From Cenarchaeum sp. (GTDB lineage Archaea; Thermoproteota; Nitrososphaeria; Nitrososphaerales; Nitrosopumilaceae): 64,000 nt of DNA. The stretch is taken from assembly GCA_963693095.2 (NCBI GenBank), contig OY843768.1, positions 1,600,001 to 1,664,000 on the forward strand, read 5' to 3'. The notes beneath the pieces were generated by a model, which did no database searches, had not been told where the DNA came from, and was given only the letters and a program-made list of their open reading frames with translations. Both the position numbers and the translations under genes were made by a program. This document shows positions 28,926-39,012 of this stretch, one piece after another. Positions within the stretch are counted from its first letter, which is position 1. Each line of letters opens with the position of its first letter.

Positions 28926-29942
28926 ATGAGGTGGAGACTCGTGGCGATACCGGCAAGCCTGGTTCCAATCGCCGTGATCGCCGTGCAGTTTGACATCGGC
29001 GCCGATGACGTCCTTGCCGTGGGCATCGCCGGATATGCGCTCGCCGTCGGCGCGATAGGCGCAAAGCTTGCGCTCCAGGGCGCAAAGTTTGCGTATATCG
29101 CGCGCTCGTACATCAAGAACGTCGGCTCGCTGCCAAGCCTCATGGGGGTTCGCGTCGGCAGCGAGTTCATAAAGTTCACGACGCCAATGTTCGTTGGCGC
29201 CGAGGTCGCCGTCATCTATTGGCTCCACAAGCGCGGCGTGCCGGCCTCCAAGGCCTCGTGGGTCGCCATAATGGACATCGTGACTGAGGTCATCGCCGCC
29301 GGCGTCATCTCGATGGCCGCCGGCGCAATTGCGCTCTATGTCGGCGCGTACGCGCTCGCCGCACTCATACTCGGCACTAGCGTGACGATAACCGGGATAT
29401 GGACGATCCTGTTCTTTCTCTCCTCGCGGCGCGTCTTTGGCGTTCCGCGCGTGATCGTTCGTGCCGCCTCGGCGATCGTCGGCACGCGGGCCGACCGCTA
29501 CATCGATCAGGCCAACTCGTGGATGCGCGAGGTCTGCGAGATGAGCCGCCAGAACATGTCAAGCGCGCACGCGCGGCGCGTCTTTTGCGTCAGCCTTGCC
29601 GCATCGTTTGCGAGCTGGGCAATGTATGGCGTCTCACTTGCGGCAATAACTGTCGGTTTGGCGCACACCGTCGGCGCGCTAGACTCGATCATGGCAGTCA
29701 TGGCCGCAAACGCAGTCGGCAACCTGCCAATAACTGTCGGCGGGTCAGGCCTCGTCGAGATAAGCGCGGCCGCGTACCTTGACGCAGTCGGCTCGGCCGG
29801 ATGGGTCGCCCTGGGCGAGGCCCTCGAGTGGAGCTCTGTCATCGGGTGGCGCATCGCGACATACTATGTGCCCATAGGGATCACGTGGGTCCTCCTCGCG
29901 AGGTTTGCGCTCGCAAGGTACACCAGGGTGGATGACGATTGA
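28926..29942 (+). CDS. Lysylphosphatidylglycerol synthase TM / flippase-like membrane protein
   Basis: Multi-TM; TPMFVGAE, PITVGGSG, WRIATYY. Confidence 0.8.
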   Translation: MRWRLVAIPASLVPIAVIAVQFDIGADDVLAVGIAGYALAVGAIGAKLALQGAKFAYIARSYIKNVGSLPSLMGVRVGSEFIKFTTPMFVGAEVAVIYWLHKRGVPASKASWVAIMDIVTEVIAAGVISMAAGAIALYVGAYALAALILGTSVTITGIWTILFFLSSRRVFGVPRVIVRAASAIVGTRADRYIDQANSWMREVCEMSRQNMSSAHARRVFCVSLAASFASWAMYGVSLAAITVGLAHTVGALDSIMAVMAANAVGNLPITVGGSGLVEISAAAYLDAVGSAGWVALGEALEWSSVIGWRIATYYVPIGITWVLLARFALARYTRVDDD

Positions 29943-31183
29943 GGGCCCGCCTGGCCCGCCTCTCGATGACCCTCGGGCCGGGCGTCCTCTTTGCGTCGAC
30001 TGCGATAGGCGTGTCGCACCTGGTCCAGTCGACGCGCGCTGGAGCCGAGTTTGGCTTTCTCCTCATCGGCGCAGTCATTGCTGCCAACGCGCTAAAGTAT
30101 CCCTTTTTTGAGTACGGGGCGAGGTACGCCAACGTCACCGGAACGAGCATCATCGACGGCTATGCGCGCCTCGGGAAGCGCGTCCTCTGGCTCTACATCG
30201 GCATAACGGTCTCCTCGATGTTCTTTGTGACGGCGGCCGTCGGGGCAGTGGGCGCGGGCTTTTTCGCCAACCTGTTTGGCCTTGATGAGGGCGGGCCCTG
30301 GACCGTGATCGCCCTCTTTGTGGCGTGCTGCGCGATACTCGCAGTCGGGAGGTACCGCATCCTCGACTCGCTCGTAAAGGTCGTCGCCACAGTCATGGTC
30401 GTCTCCACAGTCGCCGCTCTCATCCTCGCAGTGGCCAACGGGCCGGCCGAGCGCGTCGAGGGCTTTGTGGAGCGCGACCTCCTCGAGCCGGCCGGCCTCC
30501 TCTTTCTTGTCGCGCTCATGGGCTGGATGCCGACTGCGATCGACCTGTCCAGCTGGAACAGCCTCTGGACGCTGGAGCGCATAAGGCAGACGCGCTTCAA
30601 GCCGCGCCTCGGCGAGGCCCTCCTGGAGTTTCGCCTCGCGTATATCATCACCGGCACGCTTGCAGTCATCTTTCTCCTTCTTGGCGCGTATATCCTGTTT
30701 GGAACCGGCGCTGGCCTGCCAGACGGCGGTGCTGCCTTTGCCGGCTCGGTCGTGTCGCTGTATACTGAGACGATAGGCGACTGGAGCAGGATTGTCATAT
30801 CGACTGCGGCCTTTAGCATAATGTTTGGCACAGTCATCGCAGTCTTTGACGGGTACTCGCGCGCGCTGCGCCGATGCGCCGAGCTTGTGAGGCCAAGCGG
30901 GGCAGGCCTCCCCTATCCGGCATTCCTCGGCATAATTGCCGCCGGCTCGCTTGCAGTCGTCCTCCAGTTCGGCGACAGCCTCAAGGGCCTTGTGGACTTT
31001 GCGACTAGCGTCTCGTTTCTCGCCGCGCCGGCGATCGCCATTGTCAACTATCGCCTTGTCACCGGAAAGCACCTCGAGCGGTCCGCGCAGCCGGGCGCGA
31101 TCCTGCGCGTCATGAGCGTCGCCGGAATTGTGTTTCTCGTCGCGTTTAGCGCAATCTATGTGGCCATCAGGCTTACGTCATGA
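29939..31183 (+). CDS. NRAMP-like divalent metal transporter
   Basis: GPGVLFASTAIGVSHLVQSTRAGA, KYPFF, MGWMP; about 11 TM segments. Confidence 0.85.
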   Translation: MRARLARLSMTLGPGVLFASTAIGVSHLVQSTRAGAEFGFLLIGAVIAANALKYPFFEYGARYANVTGTSIIDGYARLGKRVLWLYIGITVSSMFFVTAAVGAVGAGFFANLFGLDEGGPWTVIALFVACCAILAVGRYRILDSLVKVVATVMVVSTVAALILAVANGPAERVEGFVERDLLEPAGLLFLVALMGWMPTAIDLSSWNSLWTLERIRQTRFKPRLGEALLEFRLAYIITGTLAVIFLLLGAYILFGTGAGLPDGGAAFAGSVVSLYTETIGDWSRIVISTAAFSIMFGTVIAVFDGYSRALRRCAELVRPSGAGLPYPAFLGIIAAGSLAVVLQFGDSLKGLVDFATSVSFLAAPAIAIVNYRLVTGKHLERSAQPGAILRVMSVAGIVFLVAFSAIYVAIRLTS

Positions 31184-31864
31184 CGCGGGGTCATCGGCCT
31201 TTTGCAGCATGAGCTCCATCTGTGTCCACTGGCCCGTCTCCGGCGGAGCCCGCCACACAATGTGCGTTGTGAGCGGCGCGAGTGCGGCATATCCCGGCAG
31301 GAGGGCCGAGAGCTCGGCCTCGGTGAAAAAGTGTATCACGAGGCCGTCGCGCTCCCCTCCGACATAGCGCAGCGTCCTACCGCCCTGGCTCGTGCGCTCG
31401 ATGACCTCGTGCTCCTGGCCCACCTCGCTTGCCGTCGAGTTTATGCGCACGAACAGGAGTCCTCCGGGCGCGACGAGCGAGTCGACCTTGGCGAACCGGG
31501 CCTCGACGTCGCTCATCATGCCGTGCATGAGCGACTGGATCGCCACGACGTACGCGTATGGCGTGTGGGCGTCTGCCTCCATAATGTCGCCGCACGTGAT
31601 GCGCGGGCCCTCGCGCAGGCTCGGCGCCCTGGCGAGGAGCGACTCGATGGCCACCGGCGAGACGTCAAGGCCCTCGAGGACCAGGCCGGCCTCGCGAAGC
31701 GGCACATAGTTGCGCCCGTTGCCGCACCCGAGATAGATGCCGCGCGCGCCGGCCATGGAGCGCCCGCGCAGCGTCGAGACTATCTTGGCGACTAGCGGGA
31801 CCGGCCCGTCATCGACATACCGGCCAGAGCGGTACTCGGCGTCCCACAGGTCTTGGGCCTTCAC
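31178..31864 (-). CDS. Class I SAM-dependent methyltransferase
   Basis: YLGCGNGRN, GLDVS, APGGLL. Confidence 0.85.
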   Translation of the reverse strand: MKAQDLWDAEYRSGRYVDDGPVPLVAKIVSTLRGRSMAGARGIYLGCGNGRNYVPLREAGLVLEGLDVSPVAIESLLARAPSLREGPRITCGDIMEADAHTPYAYVVAIQSLMHGMMSDVEARFAKVDSLVAPGGLLFVRINSTASEVGQEHEVIERTSQGGRTLRYVGGERDGLVIHFFTEAELSALLPGYAALAPLTTHIVWRAPPETGQWTQMELMLQKADDPAS

Positions 31865-32155
31865 GGTGTGGTGCGGCCAGGGTGCCGGATATATCTGTGG
31901 TCGGCGTGGGCGCGCGAGTCCATTGGCGGCAATTTATGGGCAATGGCTGTCCACCATGCGGGCATGAGTATTGGGGCCGCGAATGGTTGGTCACGTGTCC
32001 GCACCTAGCGGCCAGTCAGGGCATGACTGGCTGCCGCGGGGGTGGACAGTTCGTCGAATGGTCTAAGGGACCCTGGCAGCACGCCCCCATGCTAGACGCA
32101 CGTGCTGCCTCACGGCAATAACCATTTTAAGGGCAATGATCGCGCGGTGGCCGCA

Positions 32156-32923
32156 ATGAAACCCGGCACAAACGTTCTGCTCACGTTCGGCGACAGCTCC
32201 GGCAACGCGTCGCGCTCCGAAAAGGCCATAGCTGACGGCCTCTACTATATCGTAGTCACGATCACGATGAACGTAACGGAGGCGCACAGGGTTGAGGAGA
32301 TCATGGAAAAACTCAAGAAAAAATACTTTGACGGGCGCAGGCTAGAACGCGCAGAGTTTCATGCCCGTGTTTTGCGACAGCGCCTGTTATGGCAAACAAA
32401 AGACATGGAAAAGACTAAAGAAAGCCTTGAGGCTATTTTTGATGACATTGTTGAAATTGTGCTGGACATAGATGCCGTCATCAACGTAGTCATAATGGAA
32501 AAACGTCCCATAGATGAAATGTCACGATCAGAGGACACAACGATCAAATCTTGGGACTATGCCGCCCATATGCTCCAACGAGTTCTCTTGAGATCGCCCC
32601 CCAACACAACAAACCTGACTCTGCTTGACACATATGATGATGCAACCAACAGGGATGTGAACAAGATCGTGATGCAGTATCTACAACCATTCGTCAATGT
32701 TGGCGGTTTTGCGGGCAGAACTGCCATGAGGCCAGTGTTTGTAAACTCTAGACTATCCAATCTGATCCAACTAGTCGACATGGTTGCATATATCATTACC
32801 AAGGCCAGCCGACGTGACGCGGAAGAGTCGTTTGCCCGCCGGTATGCCCTGCTAGAGCCCAAGATCTCTGGCATTTTTCGCGGAACCGTGAGCTATACTG
32901 ACGAGCAAAAGTTCGTGCCATGA
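32156..32923 (+). CDS. DUF3800-family protein, copy D (native stop disrupted by IS630; reads 9 codons into the IS)
   Basis: FGDSSGN, EFHA, IQLVDMVAY; paralogs stop at the equivalent TAG. Confidence 0.8.
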   Translation: MKPGTNVLLTFGDSSGNASRSEKAIADGLYYIVVTITMNVTEAHRVEEIMEKLKKKYFDGRRLERAEFHARVLRQRLLWQTKDMEKTKESLEAIFDDIVEIVLDIDAVINVVIMEKRPIDEMSRSEDTTIKSWDYAAHMLQRVLLRSPPNTTNLTLLDTYDDATNRDVNKIVMQYLQPFVNVGGFAGRTAMRPVFVNSRLSNLIQLVDMVAYIITKASRRDAEESFARRYALLEPKISGIFRGTVSYTDEQKFVP

Positions 32924-33995
32924 TCAAACTTTCCCGACCCGCATGCTATATGGATCGCCCCTCCCCACGCCCTGCATGGAAGGCCAAGAGCTGGAAGCGT
33001 TCCGCAGGGCACTCCGCGACGAGAGGGACGGCGACGTCAGGTACAGGTTTGCCGCGGTCAACATGCACGAGAACCTGGGGATGACGCGCGAGGAGGTCGC
33101 ACTTGCGCTCGTGCAGTGCCCCAGGTGGGTCGGCAAGTGGGTCGCGCGCTACCGGAGTGGCGGTGTCGAGGCCCTGCGGGACCGCCCCCGCCCCGGCAGG
33201 CCGCCGCTGGTCGCGCGGCAGAAGCTTGGCCGCCTGATTGGCCGAATGCCCGGGCGCGTCACGCCCGCAGAGGTCATGCTGGAGATCGAGCGGGCCACCG
33301 GCGTGAGGTTCCACATGTCGCACGTCAGGAAAATAATGCGCAGGGCCGGCCTCTCCGCCAAGCGGACGCGCCTGGTGCACGTGAACAGGGCCGACGGGCC
33401 GACTGTCGCCGGCTGGCGGCGCCGGGTGCGGCGCGAGATAAGGCGCCTCAGGCGCGCGGGATTCACCATCGTAGTGCAGGACGAGACCATCGCCGTGCAC
33501 GGCGCAGCCGACGGATCAAAGTACTGGTCGCGCGTGGGCGTCCCCGTCGTCGCCCCGTACACCGGGGGACACAGGAGGGTCGTGGTGTACGGCGCGATCT
33601 CCACTGACGGGAAGCAGATCTTCCGGGTGCACGACAGGTTCGATGCGGAGACGTTTGTCGCGTTCCTGCGCGACATGCACAGGAAGTTCGGCAGGGTCGC
33701 CGTGATCGTCGACAGGGCGCCGCAGCACAGGGCCGCGGCGGTGAAGGACTATCTTCGCGCCCACAGGGCGGTGAGGCTGATCGAGCTGCCCACCGGCTCG
33801 CCGTACCTCAACGCGATCGAGGAGGTGTGGCGGCAGGCAAAGCGGGCGCTGCTGGTCTCCGAGCACTACCCCACCATGGTGGATATGCGGACGGCGGTGT
33901 CACGGCACTTCAGGCACACGAGGTACCGGCTCGACGTGATGGCATACCTGGGCCGGACGTCGCTGGAATGCGGCACGGACTTTTGATCGGCAGTA
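32896..33995 (+). mobile_element. Complete IS630-family element
   Basis: 24-bp terminal IRs with 3 mismatches (TACTGACGAGCAAAAGTTCGTGCC / GGCACGGACTTTTGATCGGCAGTA); TA duplication at 32894-32895 and 33996-33997. Confidence 0.93.
32943..33986 (+). CDS. IS630-family transposase
   Basis: HTH region, RPRPGRP, QDET, IVDRAPQH, LPTGSPYLNAIEEVW (DDE). Confidence 0.95.
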   Translation: MLYGSPLPTPCMEGQELEAFRRALRDERDGDVRYRFAAVNMHENLGMTREEVALALVQCPRWVGKWVARYRSGGVEALRDRPRPGRPPLVARQKLGRLIGRMPGRVTPAEVMLEIERATGVRFHMSHVRKIMRRAGLSAKRTRLVHVNRADGPTVAGWRRRVRREIRRLRRAGFTIVVQDETIAVHGAADGSKYWSRVGVPVVAPYTGGHRRVVVYGAISTDGKQIFRVHDRFDAETFVAFLRDMHRKFGRVAVIVDRAPQHRAAAVKDYLRAHRAVRLIELPTGSPYLNAIEEVWRQAKRALLVSEHYPTMVDMRTAVSRHFRHTRYRLDVMAYLGRTSLECGTDF

Positions 33996-34005
33996 TAGCT
34001 GAGAA

Positions 34006-34084
34006 TGCGGTCCTGGCCACACGGCAAACTGCCGCTAGGCCAGGACCGACTCGACTGTGTGGCCCGAAAGCGGCACAGGTCTGC
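34006..34084 (-). ncRNA. DUF3800-associated RNA candidate, copy 12
   Basis: Reverse complement of the motif, TTCG loop; TTTAAATA upstream on the minus strand. Confidence 0.72.
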
Positions 34085-34210
34085 GTCAGGGTGGCATGTG
34101 CTCTTTATTTAAACATTGCCTCATGTGGCAGGCGTGGCGCCGATGCTGCGGACGCCATTGTCCCAGAACCCAATACGCGATCGCCTGCTATGACAATAGG
34201 GAATGAGGGT

Positions 34211-34289
34211 TGCGGTCCTGGCCACACGGCAAACTGCCGCTAGGCCAGGACCGACTCGAGTGTGGGACCTAAAGGCGCCACACGTCTGC
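34211..34289 (-). ncRNA. DUF3800-associated RNA candidate, copy 13
   Basis: Same motif; ATTAAATA upstream on the minus strand. Confidence 0.72.
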
Positions 34290-34506
34290 GTCAGGGTAGC
34301 GTGTGCTCTTTATTTAATCATTGACCCATACTGAATGGTGGTCACGTGTCCGCACCTAGCGGCCAGTCAGGGCATGACTGGCTGCCATGGGGGTGGACAG
34401 TTCGTCGAATGGTCTGAGGGGTTCTGACAACACGCCCCCATGCTAGGCGCACGTGCTGCCTCGCGGCAATAACCATTTTAAGGGGAATGATCGCGCAGCG
34501 GCCGCA

Positions 34507-35250
34507 ATGAAACCCGGTACAAACGTCCTGCTCACGTTCGGCGACAGCTCCGGCAACCCGTCGCGCTCTGAAAAGGCCATAGCTGACGGCCTCTACTATA
34601 TCGTAGTCACGATCACGATGAACGTAACGGAGGCGCACAGGGTTGAGGAGCTCATGGAAAAACTCAAGAAAAAGTACTTTGATGGGCGCAGGCTAGAGCG
34701 CGCAGAGTTTCATGCCCGTGTTTTGCGACGGAGCCTGTTATGGCAAACGAAAGGCATGGAAAAGGCAAAAGAAAGCTTTGAGGCTATTTTTGATGACATT
34801 GTTGAAATTGTGCTGGACATGGATGCCGTCATCAACGTAGTCATAATGGAAAAACGTCCCATAGACGAAATGTCACGATCAGAGGACACAACGATCAAAT
34901 CTTGGGACTATGCCGCCCATATGCTCCAACGGGCTCTCTTGAGATCGCCCCCCAACACAACAAACCTGACTCTGCTTGACACATATGATGATGCAACCAA
35001 CAGGAACGTGAACGAGGCCATTGTGCAGCGCCTGAAACCATTCATCAATGTTGGTGGTTTTGCGGGCAGAACTGCCATGAGGCCAGTGTTTGTAAACTCC
35101 AGACTCTCCAATCTGATCCAACTAGTCGACATGATTGCATATATCATGATCAAGGTCAGCAGACATGATGATGCAGAAGGGTCGTTTGCCCGCCGGTATG
35201 CCCTGCTAGAGCCCAAGATCTCTCGCATTCGTCGCGGAACCGTGCACTAG
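34507..35250 (+). CDS. DUF3800-family protein, copy E
   Basis: Near-identical to copy D including the upstream region; IQLVDMIAY. Confidence 0.8.
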   Translation: MKPGTNVLLTFGDSSGNPSRSEKAIADGLYYIVVTITMNVTEAHRVEELMEKLKKKYFDGRRLERAEFHARVLRRSLLWQTKGMEKAKESFEAIFDDIVEIVLDMDAVINVVIMEKRPIDEMSRSEDTTIKSWDYAAHMLQRALLRSPPNTTNLTLLDTYDDATNRNVNEAIVQRLKPFINVGGFAGRTAMRPVFVNSRLSNLIQLVDMIAYIMIKVSRHDDAEGSFARRYALLEPKISRIRRGTVH

Positions 35251-35257
35251 TTGAAAA

Positions 35258-35335
35258 TGCGGTCCTGGCCACACGGCATACGCCGCTAGGCCAGGACCGA
35301 CTCGACTGTGTGGCTCGAAAGCGGCACAGGTCTGC
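35258..35335 (-). ncRNA. DUF3800-associated RNA candidate, copy 14
   Basis: 7 nt after the gene stop; TTTAAATA upstream on the minus strand. Confidence 0.72.
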
Positions 35336-35462
35336 GTCAGGGTGGCATGTGCTCTTTATTTAAACATTGCCTCATGTGACAGGCGTGACGCCGATGCTGC
35401 GGACGCCATTGTCCCAGAACCCAATCCGTGACCGCCTGCCATGACAGCAGTGGGATGAGAGT

Positions 35463-35539
35463 TGCGGTTCTGACCATCCGACCAATGCCGCATAGCCAGC
35501 CCCGGCTCGACTGTAGAACTCGAAGGAACACTAGTCTGC
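35463..35539 (-). ncRNA. DUF3800-associated RNA candidate, copy 15
   Basis: Variant resembling copy 6; TATA box appears degenerate. Confidence 0.6.
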
Positions 35540-35740
35540 GGAGGGTCATGGGCACCCCGCATTGAAGCACTGTCCAGTTTCACAGGCACAGGCTGGCAAC
35601 ACGGCCTCCCCCCTTGTCCAATTAGGCGCGATCCTGCCAGGTATGCTTGCCGCGGTGTCTGCCCAAACACGGGCACACGGCGGCGCTGGCCCCATATGCC
35701 GCCCCCCACACAAAAGCGTTTTAACGCAAGCGGCCTGCGC

Positions 35741-36526
35741 ATGGCGCGCATGGACCTATCGGGCAGGATTGCGGTGATCACGGGCGCATCAAGCGGCATA
35801 GGAAGGGCCGCGGCCGTCATGGCCGCAAGGCACGGCGCGAGCGTCGCCCTCGTTGCGCGCGACGAGTCGAGGCTGCGCGAGGCGACATCAGAGGTGGCCC
35901 GCCACGGGACGGCTGCCGCGTTCGCGTGCGACGTCGCCGACGAGCATGCAGTCAGCAAGATGGCAAGGCGCGTCTCCTCGGAGCTCGGGAACGCCGACAT
36001 CCTAGTCAACAATGCGGGGTTTGCCATATACGGCACGGTGAGCTCACTTGACGCGAAAGTCATCCGCGCGCACATGGAGACAAACTATTTTGGCGCGGTC
36101 CACTGCACAAAGGCGTTCATGCCGCACATGCTCGAGGTCAATCACGGCAAGATAGTCAATGTCGCCTCTGTGGCCGCAAGCATTGGCCTTCCCGGAATTG
36201 CCGCATACTGTGCATCAAAGTTTGCGATGCTCGGCTTTTCAGAGTCCCTGCGCGCCGAGCTCACAAAGACCGGCGTTGGCATCACCACAGTCAGCCCGAT
36301 CGCAGTCAGGACCCCGTTCTTTGACCATGCGTCCTTTGCCGGCGTGCGGCGCTACTCGCCAATGTCACTTGACGTGCAGACCGTGGCGCGTGCGATAATG
36401 CGCGCCATAGGGTCTCGGCGCGGCGAGATAACGGTTCCCGGCGCCGCACGCCTTGCGATATGGGCAAAGCACACGTTTCCGTGGGCATTCAACGCGCTAG
36501 TCTCATCAGCGTTTGGAAAGAACTAG
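35741..36526 (+). CDS. Short-chain dehydrogenase/reductase
   Basis: TGASSGIG, NNAG, YCASK. Confidence 0.93.
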   Translation: MARMDLSGRIAVITGASSGIGRAAAVMAARHGASVALVARDESRLREATSEVARHGTAAAFACDVADEHAVSKMARRVSSELGNADILVNNAGFAIYGTVSSLDAKVIRAHMETNYFGAVHCTKAFMPHMLEVNHGKIVNVASVAASIGLPGIAAYCASKFAMLGFSESLRAELTKTGVGITTVSPIAVRTPFFDHASFAGVRRYSPMSLDVQTVARAIMRAIGSRRGEITVPGAARLAIWAKHTFPWAFNALVSSAFGKN

Positions 36527-36813
36527 GCGACCTGCTTGTCCTTTTTGCTCTTTTGCCACCAGTCGAGATAGTCGTACTGGCGGTCCTCGCGCGTCTTTGA
36601 GCGCCGGTTGAGCCTGTCCCTGATGTCGCTTATCTGCTCGCGCGTCGCATACAGGCCACAGCGCCTGCACGTAAAGTGCTTGGTCGCCGGATCGGCCTTC
36701 ATTGGAACCTCGACGGCATCGAGCATCGCAGTCAGGTCGACGCCCTCCTCGCCCTCGTGCTTGGCGACAAGGGCGTTTCTGTCCTTGGCAACGCACTCGG
36801 GGCAGTTTGGCAC
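36523..36813 (-). CDS. Small zinc-finger hypothetical protein
   Basis: PNCPEC...FTCRRCGLYATREQ...DYLDWW. Confidence 0.75.
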   Translation of the reverse strand: MPNCPECVAKDRNALVAKHEGEEGVDLTAMLDAVEVPMKADPATKHFTCRRCGLYATREQISDIRDRLNRRSKTREDRQYDYLDWWQKSKKDKQVA

Positions 36814-36861
36814 GCGGAGCGCTCTTATTTTTTGGGTTAAAAGCGTTGCTAGGTCATCAGC

Positions 36862-36972
36862 GTATGAGGTCAGCACCTCCGTTCGTCCATGCCCAGGCAG
36901 GCACCGCAGTGGCAAGTAGATCGGCAGGATCGCGCCTATTTGACAAAATGGGCAGGGGTGCTGACCTCATAC
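36862..36972. mobile_element. IS66-related MITE, copy 1
   Basis: Perfect 16-bp terminal IR GTATGAGGTCAGCACC; the same end flanks IS66 transposase remnants at about 57481 and 58735. Confidence 0.75.
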
Positions 36973-37021
36973 ACTACATTCCCGCTTAGATTTTAATAAC
37001 GCCCTAGCTGTAATGACTCTG

Positions 37022-37279
37022 ATGAACACAGCGAGGCAGGATGGGCTGCTATTCATTGAGCGAGGACTGAGGATCCATGACTCCCTGCCAGCGGCTCTGC
37101 TCATAACGTACATCGTGGGGCGGCTCACCAGGGAGGAGGCATGGGACGTATTTGCCGAGGCCGAGAGGATTGGCATGATCGAGCGCGACGAGGGGATCTT
37201 TGGGACGACCACGCGGGAGGGCCAGGAGTGGCGCCTCGTTGAGGGATTCGACGTGAAACAGCTAGAGATAGCCGCATAG
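37022..37279 (+). CDS. ~85-aa repeat-family protein (wHTH-like?), copy 1
   Basis: EAWDVxAEAERIGMIER...QEWRLVxGFD; TTTTAATA 23 nt upstream; inverted near-duplicate of 42986-43243. Confidence 0.75.
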   Translation: MNTARQDGLLFIERGLRIHDSLPAALLITYIVGRLTREEAWDVFAEAERIGMIERDEGIFGTTTREGQEWRLVEGFDVKQLEIAA

Positions 37280-37318
37280 GCAAAACTCCTATCTTTTGTT
37301 TTTGCTTGGCACATTCTA

Positions 37319-37535
37319 TACTGACGAGCAAAAGTTCGTGCCATGATCAAACTTTCCCGCCCCGCATGCCATATGGATCGCACCTCCCCCATGCCGCGCA
37401 TGGAAGGCCAGGGGCTGGAAGCGTTCCGCAGGGCATGCCGCGACGAGGGGGACGGCGACGTCAGGCAGGGGTTTGCCGCGCTCAACATGCACGAGAGCCT
37501 GGGGATGACGCGCGGGGAGGTCGCCCTTGCGCTCA
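37319..37535 (+). mobile_element. IS630 left-end fragment
   Basis: TA, left IR and degenerate transposase N-terminus matching 32896 onwards. Confidence 0.85.
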
Positions 37536-37613
37536 TCATGCAGGCGTCCCAAAATTAGGGATGAGAGTGTGTAGAGTGTGCCAAGCAAAAACAGGAGAAG
37601 GCGGGAGTTTTAC

Positions 37614-37871
37614 CTATGCGGGTATCTCTAGCTTTTTTACGTCGAATCCCTTGACGAGGCGCCACTCTTGATTTAATGGAGTGAGCGGCTTGAAGACCGT
37701 CTCGTCACGCTCGATCATGCCAATCCTCTCGGCCTCGGCGATGACATCCCACGCCTCCTTTTCTGTGAGCTCCCCTACGAGGTGCGTTATGAGCTCAGCC
37801 GCTGGCAGGGAACCAAAGATCTCCAGCCCCCTCGCAACGACTTGCAGCTCAATGTGCATTGCTGAGTTCAT
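37614..37871 (-). CDS. ~85-aa repeat-family protein, copy 2
   Basis: Paralogy; 258-bp ORF; upstream TATA. Confidence 0.75.
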   Translation of the reverse strand: MNSAMHIELQVVARGLEIFGSLPAAELITHLVGELTEKEAWDVIAEAERIGMIERDETVFKPLTPLNQEWRLVKGFDVKKLEIPA

Positions 37872-37981
37872 CAGAGCCATTACGGTTGTGGCATTATTAA
37901 AATCTAGTGCGTTAATGTGGGCTGACCCATGTTCAAAGACAAGTGCACAATGAGCAAAAACAAGAGGGAGGTAGAGTCCAC

Positions 37982-38239
37982 CTATGCGGGTAGCTCTATC
38001 TGCTCCACGTCGAATCCCTCGACGAGGCGCCATTCCTGTCCCCCCGGCGTGGCCGCCTTGAAGACCATGTCGGCGCGCTCGATCATGCCGATCCTCTCGG
38101 CCTCGGCAATGACATCCAATACCTCCTTTTTGGTGAGCTTTCCCACAGTGTGCGATATGAGCTCAGCCGCCGGCAGGGGTCCATAGATACTCAGTCCCCT
38201 CGCGATGACTCGCAGCGCATCTTGCCTTTCTGGATCCAT
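37982..38239 (-). CDS. ~85-aa repeat-family protein, copy 3
   Basis: Paralogy; 258-bp ORF. Confidence 0.75.
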   Translation of the reverse strand: MDPERQDALRVIARGLSIYGPLPAAELISHTVGKLTKKEVLDVIAEAERIGMIERADMVFKAATPGGQEWRLVEGFDVEQIELPA

Positions 38240-38450
38240 CAGAGCCATCACGGTTGTGGCATTATTAAAATCTAGTGCGTGAATGTAGGCACGGTGCTCT
38301 GCGCGCCCTGCATTTTGGCATGTGGCAGGGCGCAAGAACACAGGCCACGGCGAGGGATTCATTGATGGCTCACACTGCGGCCGTGTGGGCAGGAGTTCCC
38401 AACAGGAATATTGGGTCGCCCTGCCCTGCAGTTCTCCGATGCGCGTGACT

Positions 38451-38780
38451 CTAGTATAGCTTAAAGCGCACCGGTCCGAGGGGCGCATATCTCTTGGTGA
38501 TCTCTCCTGTTTGTGAATTGGGGATTGGCGCCTTGGGATGAAAAGTGATCTCAAGTGTGCCTTCTTCAAGCGGCGTTCCGTTCTCCACCCGTATCTCGTC
38601 CTCTAAAACGAAAAAGCTCTTGGAGCTCCGCAGAGTTTCTGGCCGCGGGATTGCAAAAACAGATGTGTGTGAGAGGGGGAACAGGCGCTTTCTATACTGT
38701 TTGGTGACCTTTATGCGATATGACACGTCACGATGGTCTAGCCATGGGGATTGTGTAACCGATGTTGACACAAAAGCCAT
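38451..38780 (-). pseudogene. C-terminal fragment of the ART-like family
   Basis: FVSTSVT...LEDEIRVENGTP...PLGPVRF; N-terminus absent. Confidence 0.7.
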
Positions 38781-39012
38781 CTTGCATCCGCTCCTTTATG
38801 CGCAAGGTGGGGGAATCATGCGCCGTGTGCTGACGCCACGGCCGGCGGGGGCGGCTACAGGGAGCGAGCAGCCAAAGGCCCGGCCCAATGTCACCTTTTC
38901 CCACGGCATAACGGGTGCCCTGCACCTCTTGGAAAAAATATGGCCGGCACCGGGACACGGGGATAACGATGCCCAATAATTGCAGTGGGCAAAAACAATT
39001 GGGTGGGAAAGC

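Noticed and set aside
18721-35539. tRNA genes (tRNA-like length, 3' ACCGCA)
   Set aside because: No cloverleaf, no T-loop TTCRA in the right position and no acceptor stem; the fold is two consecutive hairpins.
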